29,553 nucleotides of DNA from a virus (taxonomy: Duplodnaviria; Heunggongvirae; Uroviricota; Caudoviricetes): IMG/VR virus record IMGVR_UViG_2740892031_000002. One strand, 5' to 3'. The translations under genes and the position numbers were made by a program. This document shows, piece by piece, positions 1-9,065 of the stretch (the first letter of the stretch is position 1; every line of letters begins with the position of its first letter). The notes beneath the pieces were generated by a model. That model was not told where the DNA came from. It saw only the letters and a program-made list of their open reading frames with translations, and did not search any database.

Positions 1-127
1 GCCGGGCAAAGTGTTGCTCATTCCCTGAACCCGCGGGCCAGCGTGATGCTGGCCCGGTATTGTGCAAAACAGATCATTCACCAATGGTTCCCCTTCGTTT
101 ACACTAGCCACAATTGAATATGGGTAA

Positions 128-907
128 ATGACGATGAATTCATTCGAGCGAAGGAATAAGATCATCCAATTAGTGAATGAACAGGGAACCGTGCTTGTTC
201 AGGATCTGGCGGGAGTATTTGCTGCCTCGGAAGCGACAATCCGTGCCGATTTGCGCTTTCTCGAACAAAAAGGCGTGGTTACGCGCTTTCATGGCGGTGC
301 GGCGAAAATAATGTCAGGTAATAGCGAAACCGAGACCCAGGAAGTCGGGTTTAAAGAGCGATTTCAGCTCGCCAGCGCGCCGAAAAACAGAATAGCGCAG
401 GCGGCAGTCAAAATGATCCACGAAGGGATGACCGTTATTCTCGACAGCGGAAGTACCACAATGCTTATCGCCGAAGGATTAATGACCGCCAAAAATATCA
501 CGGTGATTACCAACAGTCTCCCGGCGGCGTTTGCCCTTTCCGAAAATAAAGACATTACTCTGGTCGTCTGCGGTGGCACGGTCCGCCATAAAACGCGCTC
601 GATGCATGGATCTATTGCTGAACGTTCCCTGCAGGATATTAATGCCGATTTAATGTTTGTCGGTGCTGATGGTATTGATGCGGTTAATGGTATTACGACC
701 TTTAATGAAGGTTATTCCGTTAGCGGTGCGATGGTGACAGCGGCGAATAAAGTGATTGCCGTTCTTGATTCATCGAAATTTAATCGTCGCGGTTTTAATC
801 AGGTACTGCCAATCGAAAAAATTGACATTATTATTACCGATGATGCTGTGTCTGAGGTGGATAAACTGGCATTGCAGAAGACACGGGTAAAATTAATTAC
901 GGTGTAG
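128..907 (+). CDS. gatR: DeoR-family transcriptional repressor (N-terminal HTH, C-terminal sugar-phosphate-binding domain); position next to yegS matches galactitol operon repressor GatR
   Basis: 259-aa ORF; DeoR-like N-terminus (NKIIQLVNEQGTVLVQDLAGVFAASEATIRADLRFLE); sits convergent to yegS as gatR does in E. coli. Start could be ATG at 128 or 134. Confidence 0.7.
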   Translation: MTMNSFERRNKIIQLVNEQGTVLVQDLAGVFAASEATIRADLRFLEQKGVVTRFHGGAAKIMSGNSETETQEVGFKERFQLASAPKNRIAQAAVKMIHEGMTVILDSGSTTMLIAEGLMTAKNITVITNSLPAAFALSENKDITLVVCGGTVRHKTRSMHGSIAERSLQDINADLMFVGADGIDAVNGITTFNEGYSVSGAMVTAANKVIAVLDSSKFNRRGFNQVLPIEKIDIIITDDAVSEVDKLALQKTRVKLITV

Positions 908-919
908 TATTGTTCTGTA

Positions 920-951
920 TGCCGGATAAGGTGTTTACACCGTATCCGGCA
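920..951. repeat. REP-like palindromic hairpin between convergent gatR and yegS (possible bidirectional terminator)
   Basis: 9-bp stems tgccggata / tatccggca flank a loop that is itself palindromic (ggtgt..acacc); GCCGGATA-type sequence is typical of enterobacterial REP elements. Confidence 0.5.
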
Positions 952-988
952 TTACGGATTCTCTCTGGTTCAACAGAGAATAGTTTGA

Positions 989-1888
989 TTAACGCAACAA
1001 TGGACAATCTGGTGGTAATCGACAACGCAACGCCGCCGGAAGTATTTCAATATGGAAGTTTTGCCCACTCAACGGTTCGCCATCAAGATTAAAAGTGATT
1101 TCGTGTGGGGCTTGTATATCAAACCACGACGAAGCACCTTCGATAATATTCGGGTTATCTTCGTCAGATTTTAAGGTTGATACGAGAGTCGGAATAATTT
1201 CATCGCCGGTAAAAATGCGCAGTTGCAGCAAGCCATCGTTAATTAATGCGTTCGGGCACAATTGTTGACCGCCACCGGCCTGACGCCCGTTACCAATACC
1301 AATGACCAGGGCGTCACCTTGCCAGTGAAAGTTTTCACCGCGGATTTCACAACGGTCCGGTTGCAGAGTGTCCATGCGCATTAAGCCATGAATGATGTAA
1401 GAGACGCCACCCAGCGCGGCTTTTAATTTTTCCGGCGTTTCTGTGGTAATACGCGTCCCAAACCCGCCTGTCGCCATATTAATAAAACAGGTTTGTTTGT
1501 TGACCTGCGCCATATCTATCGCAATGGCGTTACCGGCAATTGCCAGTTTCAGCGCCTTATCCAGTGCCTCAGGAATCCCTACACTAGTGGCAAAATCATT
1601 GGCAGTTCCTAATGGTAAAATTCCCAGCGCGGGTATGTCATCCCCCTCACATTGAATCAATGCCGTAGAAACTTCATTAATGGTGCCATCGCCACCACCG
1701 GCAATCACTGTTGCGACGCCTAACTTCCGGGCCTCCTCTACAAATCGTGCAGCATCGCCTTTCTCCCAGGTGATCCGCACATGGATCGTCATTCCTTCCT
1801 CACGCAACAGCATAATTGCTTCGCGCAAGGGTAGATTGTCAGTACTTTTGCCATTAAGAATCAGTAAGCTGGCGGGAAATTCTGCCAT
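989..1888 (-). CDS. yegS: Lipid kinase YegS (diacylglycerol-kinase catalytic-domain family)
   Basis: 299-aa ORF with the DAGK_cat glycine-rich motif ([13 protein letters not shown]); full-length match to my recollection of E. coli YegS. Confidence 0.85.
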   Translation of the reverse strand: MAEFPASLLILNGKSTDNLPLREAIMLLREEGMTIHVRITWEKGDAARFVEEARKLGVATVIAGGGDGTINEVSTALIQCEGDDIPALGILPLGTANDFATSVGIPEALDKALKLAIAGNAIAIDMAQVNKQTCFINMATGGFGTRITTETPEKLKAALGGVSYIIHGLMRMDTLQPDRCEIRGENFHWQGDALVIGIGNGRQAGGGQQLCPNALINDGLLQLRIFTGDEIIPTLVSTLKSDEDNPNIIEGASSWFDIQAPHEITFNLDGEPLSGQNFHIEILPAALRCRLPPDCPLLR

Positions 1889-2302
1889 GATCGTATGTGC
1901 CTTTATGATTGGTCTGTAGATAGTGTAGAGCAGAAAAGAAAAGGTGGAGTCAGAACAGGATGAAAGTCGGAGGATAAAAAGTCAGTTCAGGTATGGGGAT
2001 TCAGTGCTTACCACCAGGACCTTACAATGGGGACAGCGAATATTAACGGTAGCCACTGATAAATTTTAAAAAAGAGAATATACCTAATATTCAACTAAAC
2101 AGTGGCATCTTCAATATACTATTCAAAATATATTAAAGTCCCCCATGGGGTTACCCGGAAGGGCCTCTATGTCTGTAATTCCTACTTATGTAGGAAATGT
2201 TGTACAGAACATTTATTATAATCCTATTCAATTATAATAATCATGCCATTATTATATTTAAACACCAGAGCGTGTCGTTGGTATTTAATGGGGGAAGGTG
2301 AG

Positions 2303-2620
2303 ATGAAAAAGATAGCTGCTATATCATTAATTAGTATTTTTCTTATGTCTGGGTGTGCTGTACATAATGATGAGACAAGTATCGGTAAATTTGGTCTTGC
2401 ATATAAAAGTAATATTCAGCGTAAACTCGATAACCAATACTACACCGAAGCCGAAGCTTCTTTAGCCAGGGGCAGAATATCTGGTGCAGAAAATATAGTA
2501 AAAAATGATGCAGCCCATTTCTGTGTTACTCAGGGCAAAAAAATGCAGATAGTTAAATTGAAGACAGAAGGTGCAGGATTACATGGCGTTGCTCGTCTGA
2601 CATTCAAATGTGGAGAGTGA
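2303..2620 (+). CDS. yegR: Small secreted/lipoprotein-like protein, likely host yegR
   Basis: Tracked ORF 2243..2620; internal ATG at 2303 is preceded by a GGAAGGTGA Shine-Dalgarno and gives 105 aa starting with a signal peptide ending LMSGC (MKKIAAISLISIFLMSGCA). Size and position next to yegS match E. coli yegR; AT-rich. Confidence 0.55.
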   Translation: MKKIAAISLISIFLMSGCAVHNDETSIGKFGLAYKSNIQRKLDNQYYTEAEASLARGRISGAENIVKNDAAHFCVTQGKKMQIVKLKTEGAGLHGVARLTFKCGE

Positions 2621-2948
2621 GAATAGATTCAAGACTACCATGCACATATTTATTTTATCTGTGATGGGATATTCTTCAACACCATTATTGAATGTGAGTA
2701 ATAATGACAAACAGATAGATGAAACTAAAGCAGAATTTTTATTTTATGCAGCCATCAGAAAATGATGTCAAAAATATTCCAATGCTTTAGGTTCATTTTT
2801 TGGTAAGCGTCAAACATGCGCGTTCTGGCTGTGCGTAACCGGAACCTGTGCGAGCACGATGTCGATAAGTGAAAGGCATCGTGCTATTAAGGGAGATTCT
2901 ATCGATGTGGTCAATGGAAGACGGTGACCAGGGATAGGGCTTATGCAT

Positions 2949-2975
2949 AAAAAATAAGCCTGTGTAAGGGAGATT
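2949..2975. other. P2-type att core-like sequence (prophage left junction, attL)
   Basis: aaaaaataagcctgtgtaagggagatt differs at one position from the 27-bp P2 attP core as I recall it (AAAAAATAAGCCCGTGTAAGGGAGATT); lies about 80 bp beyond the 3' end of int, as in P2. Confidence 0.6.
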
Positions 2976-3054
2976 TAGGGTGTCACCAGTAGGGGCTTTC
3001 AACGGTACAATGCGGGTTTGAGCGGCATAAATTACCACTGAAAGCCCTTAAACG

Positions 3055-4068
3055 TTACTCTACTGTGGACACTGTGTGGACACTCTCGGCCTCAGTACCA
3101 CCTCTTAGCGGATTAAGAGAAATGGCGTCCTGAAGGTACTCTGGCGCAAAATGAGCGTAAACCATAGTTTGCTCAATCCGCGTGTGACCTAGTATCCGTT
3201 GTAGCGTGATAATACTTCCTCCATTAATCATGAAATGAGTGGCAAAGCTGTGCCTTAGTGCATGTGTGGCTTGCCCCATTGGCAAATCCGGTTTTATTGC
3301 TTTCATTGTTCGTCTGAAGCGAGGGTAATCAGCATCAGGGAATAAAAAACCTCGTTTGTTATCCGCGATCATTTTGGCAACAGCCTCTGAGATCGGGACG
3401 GTGCGTGGTTTGTTTGTTTTCGTTTTAACAAACGTGACGCGGTTATGGATGATATTTTCTGCTTTCAAACGAGCTGCTTCTCCCCAACGTGCTCCTGTAC
3501 TTAGGCAAAGAATCGCAATCTTTTTATTGTCGCCGTCAAGTGCTGCAAGCAGTAAGGCTATTTCTTCCTGTGTGAGATAGCCTGTTTCTGGTTTTTCCTC
3601 CTTAAGCCTCTTTGTCCCTCTGATAGGATGTTCACCAAAGAATAACTCCGCTTCAATCAGGGCTGTAAACATGCCGCTAATACATGTTAAATCACGATTG
3701 ATACTCGAAGGTTTAATACCCTGACTTCTTCGGGTGGCGCAGTACTGGCTGATAAGGGATTTCGTGATTTGAAATGCGCATGGGTCATTCGTTATTTTTG
3801 TGAAGATTTCAATTTTTCCAAGATTAGATTTCCCATGCTCTTCGTGTTTACCCTTTAAATCCCACCAGATCTGTGTCAGTTCCGACAGACGTCGTTTGTC
3901 TGTTGGTTTTGATAGCCATTCTTTATTGTGGTGGTTGTACAACGTGTATTTTTCGAAAGCGACAGCTTCGCTTTTCTTATCAAACTTCCTACGGATGCGT
4001 TTTCCGTTACGTCCAGTAGGGCGGATGTCCACTTCATATCGACCATCATCGAGTTTTTTGATTGCCAT
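3055..4068 (-). CDS. int: P2-type tyrosine integrase
   Basis: 337-aa ORF; N-terminus MAIKKLDDGRYEVDIRPTGRNGKRIRRKF and C-terminal catalytic region (HALRHSFATHF ... RILGHTRIEQTMVYAH) as in P2 Int. Confidence 0.95.
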   Translation of the reverse strand: MAIKKLDDGRYEVDIRPTGRNGKRIRRKFDKKSEAVAFEKYTLYNHHNKEWLSKPTDKRRLSELTQIWWDLKGKHEEHGKSNLGKIEIFTKITNDPCAFQITKSLISQYCATRRSQGIKPSSINRDLTCISGMFTALIEAELFFGEHPIRGTKRLKEEKPETGYLTQEEIALLLAALDGDNKKIAILCLSTGARWGEAARLKAENIIHNRVTFVKTKTNKPRTVPISEAVAKMIADNKRGFLFPDADYPRFRRTMKAIKPDLPMGQATHALRHSFATHFMINGGSIITLQRILGHTRIEQTMVYAHFAPEYLQDAISLNPLRGGTEAESVHTVSTVE

Positions 4069-4183
4069 CAGAAAACCCTCCGAGTGGTACTTTTTTTTGC
4101 TACTACTAATCGCTTTTTTCGTGGTGGCTGAAATTTAGCCACCAATAGTAGGCACTTGTGATGAATATATTCACGATAAATTG

Positions 4184-4483
4184 TTAACCAGTCTTTTGAC
4201 CGGAGTGGGGCGACGTTGTTTCGTTTTGCCCAAAGTGTGCGAGAGCGGGCGCAATTTGCCCGGCTTCTGGAGCTACCTGATCAGTCATGAACCACAAAGT
4301 ATATTTAGTAAATCTAGGATGTTGTAAGACCTTCATTATGGCTTCAACTCCAGCGTTTTTTGACCGGCTCTCATAGCTCGAAAGTGAGCTGTAGGCTACA
4401 CCAGTTAATTCACTGAATTCTTTACGGTTTAACCTTTCAGATTCACGGATTAGCTTCAACTTCTCCGAAACGTCTATTGACAT
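4184..4483 (-). CDS. C: Immunity repressor C (P2 C family)
   Basis: Tracked ORF 4184..4555; ATG at 4483 has a GGAG Shine-Dalgarno 5 nt upstream and gives 99 aa (MSIDVSEKLKLIRESE...). The C-terminal part (FTKYTLWFMTDQVAPEAGQIAPALAHFGQNETTSPHSGQKTG) matches P2 C from memory. Confidence 0.85.
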   Translation of the reverse strand: MSIDVSEKLKLIRESERLNRKEFSELTGVAYSSLSSYESRSKNAGVEAIMKVLQHPRFTKYTLWFMTDQVAPEAGQIAPALAHFGQNETTSPHSGQKTG

Positions 4484-4604
4484 AATTACTCCGATTGCGT
4501 AATTTCTTGCTGATAGTGTGAAATGTTGTGCTTCTGGAGTTATCCTTTTAGGCAATAATTAGCCATTAGGAGCCATTAGAAGCACTAAGGGAGAATCGTA
4601 GCAG
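4484..4604. promoter_or_regulatory. C/cox intergenic switch region (face-to-face Pe/Pc promoters with direct-repeat operators)
   Basis: Divergent C and cox start codons flank a ~120-bp region with a tandem direct repeat agccattag(g/a) at 4561-4569 and 4571-4579, the operator arrangement expected for P2-type C repressors. Confidence 0.55.
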
Positions 4605-4880
4605 ATGAATAGACAGCTTGTAAGCGTGACTGATGCCGTGCCTTATCAGGAGTTTGCAAAACTCATTGGTAAAACTCCAAGAGCTGTAAGGGGCATGATT
4701 GAGAAAGGGAAATTACCAGTTATTGAGATTACTGACCCTCAGTCAGTATCGGGGCGTGCTGGTGAATATTGGGTATACCTTCCGGCATGGAATAACGGAC
4801 TAAAACTGGCTTATGAAAGCCGTCCTAAAGAGATTCGTGACGGCTGGTTGATGTGGTTAGGTCTCGGTGAACCACGTTAA
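4605..4880 (+). CDS. cox: Cox (excisionase / transcriptional switch protein)
   Basis: 91-aa ORF; AVPYQEFAKLIGK...GKLPVIEITDPQSVSGRAGEYWVYLPAWNNGLKLAYESRPKEIRDGWLMWLGLGEPR matches P2 Cox. Confidence 0.9.
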   Translation: MNRQLVSVTDAVPYQEFAKLIGKTPRAVRGMIEKGKLPVIEITDPQSVSGRAGEYWVYLPAWNNGLKLAYESRPKEIRDGWLMWLGLGEPR

Positions 4881-4890
4881 GGAGAACCGT

Positions 4891-5061
4891 ATGAATGAGC
4901 CTCGTTGTATTGCTCAGTTATTGCGTAACGAAAGCCCCAGGGCGATTGACTTCACCATCACCCACGGTAAGGGGCGTAAGGGAATCATTATCCGCACCAA
5001 AAAACAGAGTCCGTTAAAAAAGGCTCTGACCTTTCTGAAAAGCCGGAGGGTCTGGAAATGA
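4891..5061 (+). CDS. Small early protein at the P2 orf78 position
   Basis: Tracked ORF starts at GTG 4867; ATG at 4891 is preceded by AAGGAG (4878-4883). Position between cox and B. Confidence 0.55.
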   Translation: MNEPRCIAQLLRNESPRAIDFTITHGKGRKGIIIRTKKQSPLKKALTFLKSRRVWK

Positions 5062-5558
5062 CAGTGATGACGCTCAATCTCGTTGAAAAACAGCCAGCAG
5101 CTATGCGCCGGATAATTGGCAAGCATCTTGCCGTCCCTCGCTGGCAGGATACATGTGATTATTATAATCAGATGATGGAACGCGAACGGCTAACGGTTTG
5201 CTTCCATGCGCAGTTAAAACAGCGTCACGCAACGATGCGTTTTGAAGAAATGAACGACGTCGAACGTGAACGGCTGGTTTGTGCAATTGATGAATTGCGT
5301 GGGGCATTCTCAAAACGCCGTCAGGTTGGCGCAAGTGAGTATGCATATATTAGTTTTTTAACAGTCAGTCAGCGTCGTACTTTATTTATGCATGCCGGAT
5401 TGACTGAAAAAGAATTCAACCAGCCATACTGGCGAATTAATGAAGAATCATGTTACTGGCGTGATGCTTTATTCCGTGCATTACGTGAATTATTCAGCCT
5501 GTTTGAGTATGCACCGACAATTCTGACGTCGGTAAAACCAGAGCAATATCTGCATTAA
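5058..5558 (+). CDS. B: Replication protein B (DnaB helicase loader)
   Basis: 166-aa ORF, same length and position as P2 gpB; start overlaps the upstream stop (ATGA-type coupling). Confidence 0.85.
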   Translation: MTVMTLNLVEKQPAAMRRIIGKHLAVPRWQDTCDYYNQMMERERLTVCFHAQLKQRHATMRFEEMNDVERERLVCAIDELRGAFSKRRQVGASEYAYISFLTVSQRRTLFMHAGLTEKEFNQPYWRINEESCYWRDALFRALRELFSLFEYAPTILTSVKPEQYLH

Positions 5559-5621
5559 ATAATTAACCAGAGTTTTTAACGCACTTAATCGTGCGGGGCT
5601 TCTTTTTGCCTGGAGAAAGTC

Positions 5622-5846
5622 ATGCATACAGTTTCTGAAAACAAGTGCGGTAAATACGCATTACTGCTGCAACAGGCCAGAGCCGAAGCACAGGCCGACG
5701 CAGCGACACGCTTTTCTTCTCATCTTGACGCCATGATTCGCCATATCACAAAGGCGGAGTTATCCCGCGTGGAGATAGTCGAGCTGCTCAGTCAGGAGTC
5801 GGAAAAATTTCACAATATCGGATTGTCTCGCGGGGAGGTGCTTTGA
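5622..5846 (+). CDS. Small early protein at the P2 orf80 position
   Basis: 74-aa ORF in the orf80-83 block between B and A. Confidence 0.6.
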   Translation: MHTVSENKCGKYALLLQQARAEAQADAATRFSSHLDAMIRHITKAELSRVEIVELLSQESEKFHNIGLSRGEVL

Positions 5847-6145
5847 TGTCCTGTTCTCATTCAGTTGTATTACTGAATAACGCCTTAAAAATCGCCGTTA
5901 TGAAAAATGGCGATTTGTCTCTTATTCAACTTTGCCTTGATAAAGAAAAACGCGACATAACTGAATCTGTTATCGCGATTTATCAGAATGAATTAAACCT
6001 CCTGTCTGATGTGGTCAATTTACTTGTTAAACGCGCTGTATTCCACAAGCAAATTTCCTCAGTGGATGAACTGACAAAATTAACGACAGAACTTGCCAGT
6101 TATTGCGCTGATGTATCCAGGAAACTTAACGATAAAAGGAGCTGA
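5843..6145 (+). CDS. Small early protein at the P2 orf81 position
   Basis: 100-aa ORF; start overlaps the upstream stop. Confidence 0.6.
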   Translation: MMSCSHSVVLLNNALKIAVMKNGDLSLIQLCLDKEKRDITESVIAIYQNELNLLSDVVNLLVKRAVFHKQISSVDELTKLTTELASYCADVSRKLNDKRS

Positions 6146-6147
6146 TA

Positions 6148-6372
6148 ATGCCGGACAACGTAGATTTTATTCAGGAACAACAGGCTGAATTACTGGAGCG
6201 CCAGATTAACGCGGCAAGGGTAAAACATTGCGGTGCTTCTGCGCTGGTTTGCGAAGAGTGTGACGCGCCAATACCTGCTGCCCGTCGTGCGGCTTACCCG
6301 TCAGCCACGCGTTGTGTTTCCTGTCAGTCAGTCTTTGAAGCAAAAAACAAACGTTACCGGAGAACGGCATGA
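6148..6372 (+). CDS. C4 zinc-finger protein (TraR/DksA-like) at the P2 orf82 position
   Basis: 74-aa ORF with CEEC...(17 residues)...CVSC four-cysteine motif. Confidence 0.7.
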   Translation: MPDNVDFIQEQQAELLERQINAARVKHCGASALVCEECDAPIPAARRAAYPSATRCVSCQSVFEAKNKRYRRTA

Positions 6373-6644
6373 GTATTCGTATTGAAATTGGCGAACGTTA
6401 TGTCGTTACCAGTGACAGCTTTCAGTTTATTCTCCACGAGAAAAAGAGAGCGGAAAGCGGTAAAAACGCCGGTCAGGAATGGCTGGCGGTGGTTGGTTAT
6501 TACCCGAAATTAAGCCAGCTCGTTTCCGGCCTGATGCATCACGATATTCTGACCGGAAGCGCAAAGTCTTTTGCTGATTTAAACGCGCAGGTTGAGCAAC
6601 TCAGCAAGCGTTGCTCAGAGGCTTTTGGCTCATATGGCCGTTAA
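6369..6644 (+). CDS. Small early protein at the P2 orf83 position
   Basis: 91-aa ORF; stop overlaps the start of A. Confidence 0.6.
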   Translation: MSIRIEIGERYVVTSDSFQFILHEKKRAESGKNAGQEWLAVVGYYPKLSQLVSGLMHHDILTGSAKSFADLNAQVEQLSKRCSEAFGSYGR

Positions 6645-8934
6645 AGCCTCCGGGCGTTTTGTCCCTCCGTCAGCATTTGCTGCAGGCACCGGTAAGGCGT
6701 TTACCGGTGCTTATGCATGGAACGCGCCACGCGAGGCCGTCGGGCGCGAAAGACCCCTTACACGTGACGAGATGCGTCAGGTGCAAGGTGTTTTATCCAC
6801 GATTAACCGCCTGCCTTACTTTTTGCGCTCGCTGTTTACTTCACGCTATGACCACATCCGGCGCAATAAAAGCCCGGTGCACGGGTTTTATTTCCTCACA
6901 TCCACTTTTCAGCGTCGTTTATGGCCGCGCATTGAGCGTGTGAATCAGCGCCATGAAATGAACACCGACGCGTCGTTACTGTTTCTGGCAGAGCGTGACC
7001 ACTATGCGCGCCTGCCGGGAATGAATGACAAGGAGCTGAAAAAGTTTGCTGCCCGTATCTCATCGCAGCTTTTCATGATGTATGGGGAACTCAGTGATGC
7101 CTGGGTGGATGCGCATGGCGAAAAAGAATCGCTGTTTACGGATGAGGCGCAGGCTCACCTCTATGGTCATGTTGCTGGCGCTGCACGTGCTTTCAATATT
7201 TCCCCTCTCTACTGGAAAAAATACCGTAAAGGGCAGATGACCACGAGGCAGGCATATTCTGCCATTGCCCGTCTGTTTAACGATGAGTGGTGGACTCATC
7301 AGCTTAAAGGCCAGCGTATGCGCTGGCATGAAGCGTTACTGATAGCTGTCGGGGAGGTCAATAAAGACCGTTCTCCTTATGCCAGTAAACACGCCATTCG
7401 TGATGTGCGTGCGCGCCGCCAGGCAAATCTGGAATTTCTTAAATCGTGTGACCTTGAAAACAGGGAAACCGGCGAGCGCATCGACCTTATCAGTAAGGTG
7501 ATGGGCAGTATTTCTAATCCTGAAATTCGCCGGATGGAGCTGATGAACACCATTGCCGGTATTGAGCGTTACGCCGCCGCAGAGGGTGATGTGGGGATGT
7601 TTATCACGCTGACCGCGCCGTCAAAGTATCACCCGACACGTCAGGTCAGAAAAGGCGAAAGTAAAACCGTTCAGCTTAATCACGGCTGGAACGATGAGGC
7701 ATTTAATCCAAAGGATGCGCAGCGTTATCTCTGCCGCATCTGGAGCCTGATGCGCACGGCATTCAAGGATAATGATTTACAGGTCTACGGTTTGCGTGTC
7801 GTCGAGCCACACCACGACGGAACGCCGCACTGGCATATGATGCTTTTTTGTAATCCACGCCAGCGTAACCAGATTATCGAAATCATGCGTCGCTACGCGC
7901 TCAAAGAGGATGGAGACGAAAGAGGAGCTGCGCGAAACCGTTTTCAGGCAAAACACCTTAACCGGGGCGGTGCTGCGGGATATATCGCGAAATACATTTC
8001 AAAAAACATCGACGGCTATGCACTGGATGGTCAGCTCGATAACGATACCGGTAAGCCGCTTAAAGATACTGCCGCGGCTGTTACCGCATGGGCGTCAACG
8101 TGGCGCATTCCGCAATTTAAAACGGTTGGACTGCCGACAATGGGGGCTTACCGTGAACTACGCAAATTGCCTCGCGGCGTCAGTATTGCTGATGAGTTTG
8201 ACGAACGCGTCGAGGCTGCTCGCGCTGCCGCAGACAGTGGTGATTTTGCGTTGTATATCAGCGCGCAGGGTGGGGCAAATGTCCCGCGCGATTGTCAGAC
8301 TGTCAGGGTCGCCCGTAGCCCGTCGGATGACGTTAACGAGTACGAGGAAGAAGTCGAGAGAGTGGTCGGCATTTACGCGCCGCATCTCGGCGCGCGTCAT
8401 ATTCATATCACCAGAACGACGGACTGGCGCATTGTGCCGAAAGTTCCGGTCGTTGAGCCTTTGACTTTAAAAAGCGGCATCGCCGCGCCTCGGAGTCCTG
8501 TCAATAACTGTGGAAAGCTCACCGGTGGTGATACTTCGTTACCGGCTCCCACACCTTCTGAACACGCCGCAGCAGTGCTTAATCTGGTTGATGACGGTGT
8601 TATCGAATGGAGTGACCCGGAGGTTGTGAGGGCGCTCAGAGGTGCATTAAAATGCGGACTGAGAACACCAAATCGTCAGCAAAGAAACGGAAGTCCGTTA
8701 AAACCGCATGAAATAGCGCCATCAGCCAGGCTGACCAGGTCGGAGCGATTGCAAATTACCCGTATTCGCGTTGATCTTGCTCAGAACGGTATCAGACCTC
8801 AGCGATGGGAGCTTGAGTCGCTGGCGCGTGGGGCAACCGTAAATTATGACGGGAAAAAATTCACGTATCCGGTCGCTGATGAGTGGCCGGGATATTCAAC
8901 TATAACAGAGTGGAATCAATTTGATGACGGGTAA
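6634..8934 (+). CDS. A: Replication initiation endonuclease A (rolling-circle initiator)
   Basis: Tracked ORF 6592..8934; P2 gpA begins MAVKASGRFVPPSAFAAGTGK, which corresponds to ATG at 6634 (766 aa). Long-range identity to P2 A by eye. Confidence 0.93.
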   Translation: MAVKASGRFVPPSAFAAGTGKAFTGAYAWNAPREAVGRERPLTRDEMRQVQGVLSTINRLPYFLRSLFTSRYDHIRRNKSPVHGFYFLTSTFQRRLWPRIERVNQRHEMNTDASLLFLAERDHYARLPGMNDKELKKFAARISSQLFMMYGELSDAWVDAHGEKESLFTDEAQAHLYGHVAGAARAFNISPLYWKKYRKGQMTTRQAYSAIARLFNDEWWTHQLKGQRMRWHEALLIAVGEVNKDRSPYASKHAIRDVRARRQANLEFLKSCDLENRETGERIDLISKVMGSISNPEIRRMELMNTIAGIERYAAAEGDVGMFITLTAPSKYHPTRQVRKGESKTVQLNHGWNDEAFNPKDAQRYLCRIWSLMRTAFKDNDLQVYGLRVVEPHHDGTPHWHMMLFCNPRQRNQIIEIMRRYALKEDGDERGAARNRFQAKHLNRGGAAGYIAKYISKNIDGYALDGQLDNDTGKPLKDTAAAVTAWASTWRIPQFKTVGLPTMGAYRELRKLPRGVSIADEFDERVEAARAAADSGDFALYISAQGGANVPRDCQTVRVARSPSDDVNEYEEEVERVVGIYAPHLGARHIHITRTTDWRIVPKVPVVEPLTLKSGIAAPRSPVNNCGKLTGGDTSLPAPTPSEHAAAVLNLVDDGVIEWSDPEVVRALRGALKCGLRTPNRQQRNGSPLKPHEIAPSARLTRSERLQITRIRVDLAQNGIRPQRWELESLARGATVNYDGKKFTYPVADEWPGYSTITEWNQFDDG

Positions 8935-9065
8935 TCGAATGGAATGATCCGGCGGTCGTGAGGGCGCTCAGAGGTGCATTAAAACACGGTCTGAGAATAC
9001 CAAATCGTCAGCAAAGAAACGGAAGTCCGTTAAAACCGCTTGCATTTGTGCCATCGCGAGGCTGA
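8921..9065. repeat. Degenerate direct repeat of the 3' end of gene A (partner copy at about 8588-8734)
   Basis: ~145 bp starting ttgatgacgg...atcgaatgga...gtgagggcgctcagaggtgcattaaaa... recurs just after the A stop codon, similar but clearly diverged by eye; the second copy is out of frame and non-coding. Confidence 0.85.

Noticed and set aside
364-579. 71-aa antisense ORF inside gatR
   Set aside because: Lies entirely within a well-supported gene on the opposite strand; no ribosome-binding site.
910-1092. 60-aa ORF after gatR
   Set aside because: Runs through the REP-like hairpin and overlaps the 3' end of yegS on the opposite strand.
1443-1919. Two plus-strand ORFs (70 and 79 aa) opposite yegS
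   Set aside because: Antisense to a conserved gene; alanine/proline-rich translations typical of out-of-frame reading.
2793-3038. 81-aa minus-strand ORF next to int
   Set aside because: Spans the attL core and the host/phage junction, so cannot be a conserved gene; no ribosome-binding site.
3356-4138. Three plus-strand ORFs opposite int
   Set aside because: Antisense to integrase; low-complexity translations.
4914-5346. Two minus-strand ORFs opposite orf78/B
   Set aside because: Antisense to conserved early genes.
6611-8464. Alternative-frame and antisense ORFs within gene A (6611..6943, 7060..7329, 7910..8464, 8158..8406)
   Set aside because: All embedded in the long, continuous A reading frame, which matches P2 A throughout.
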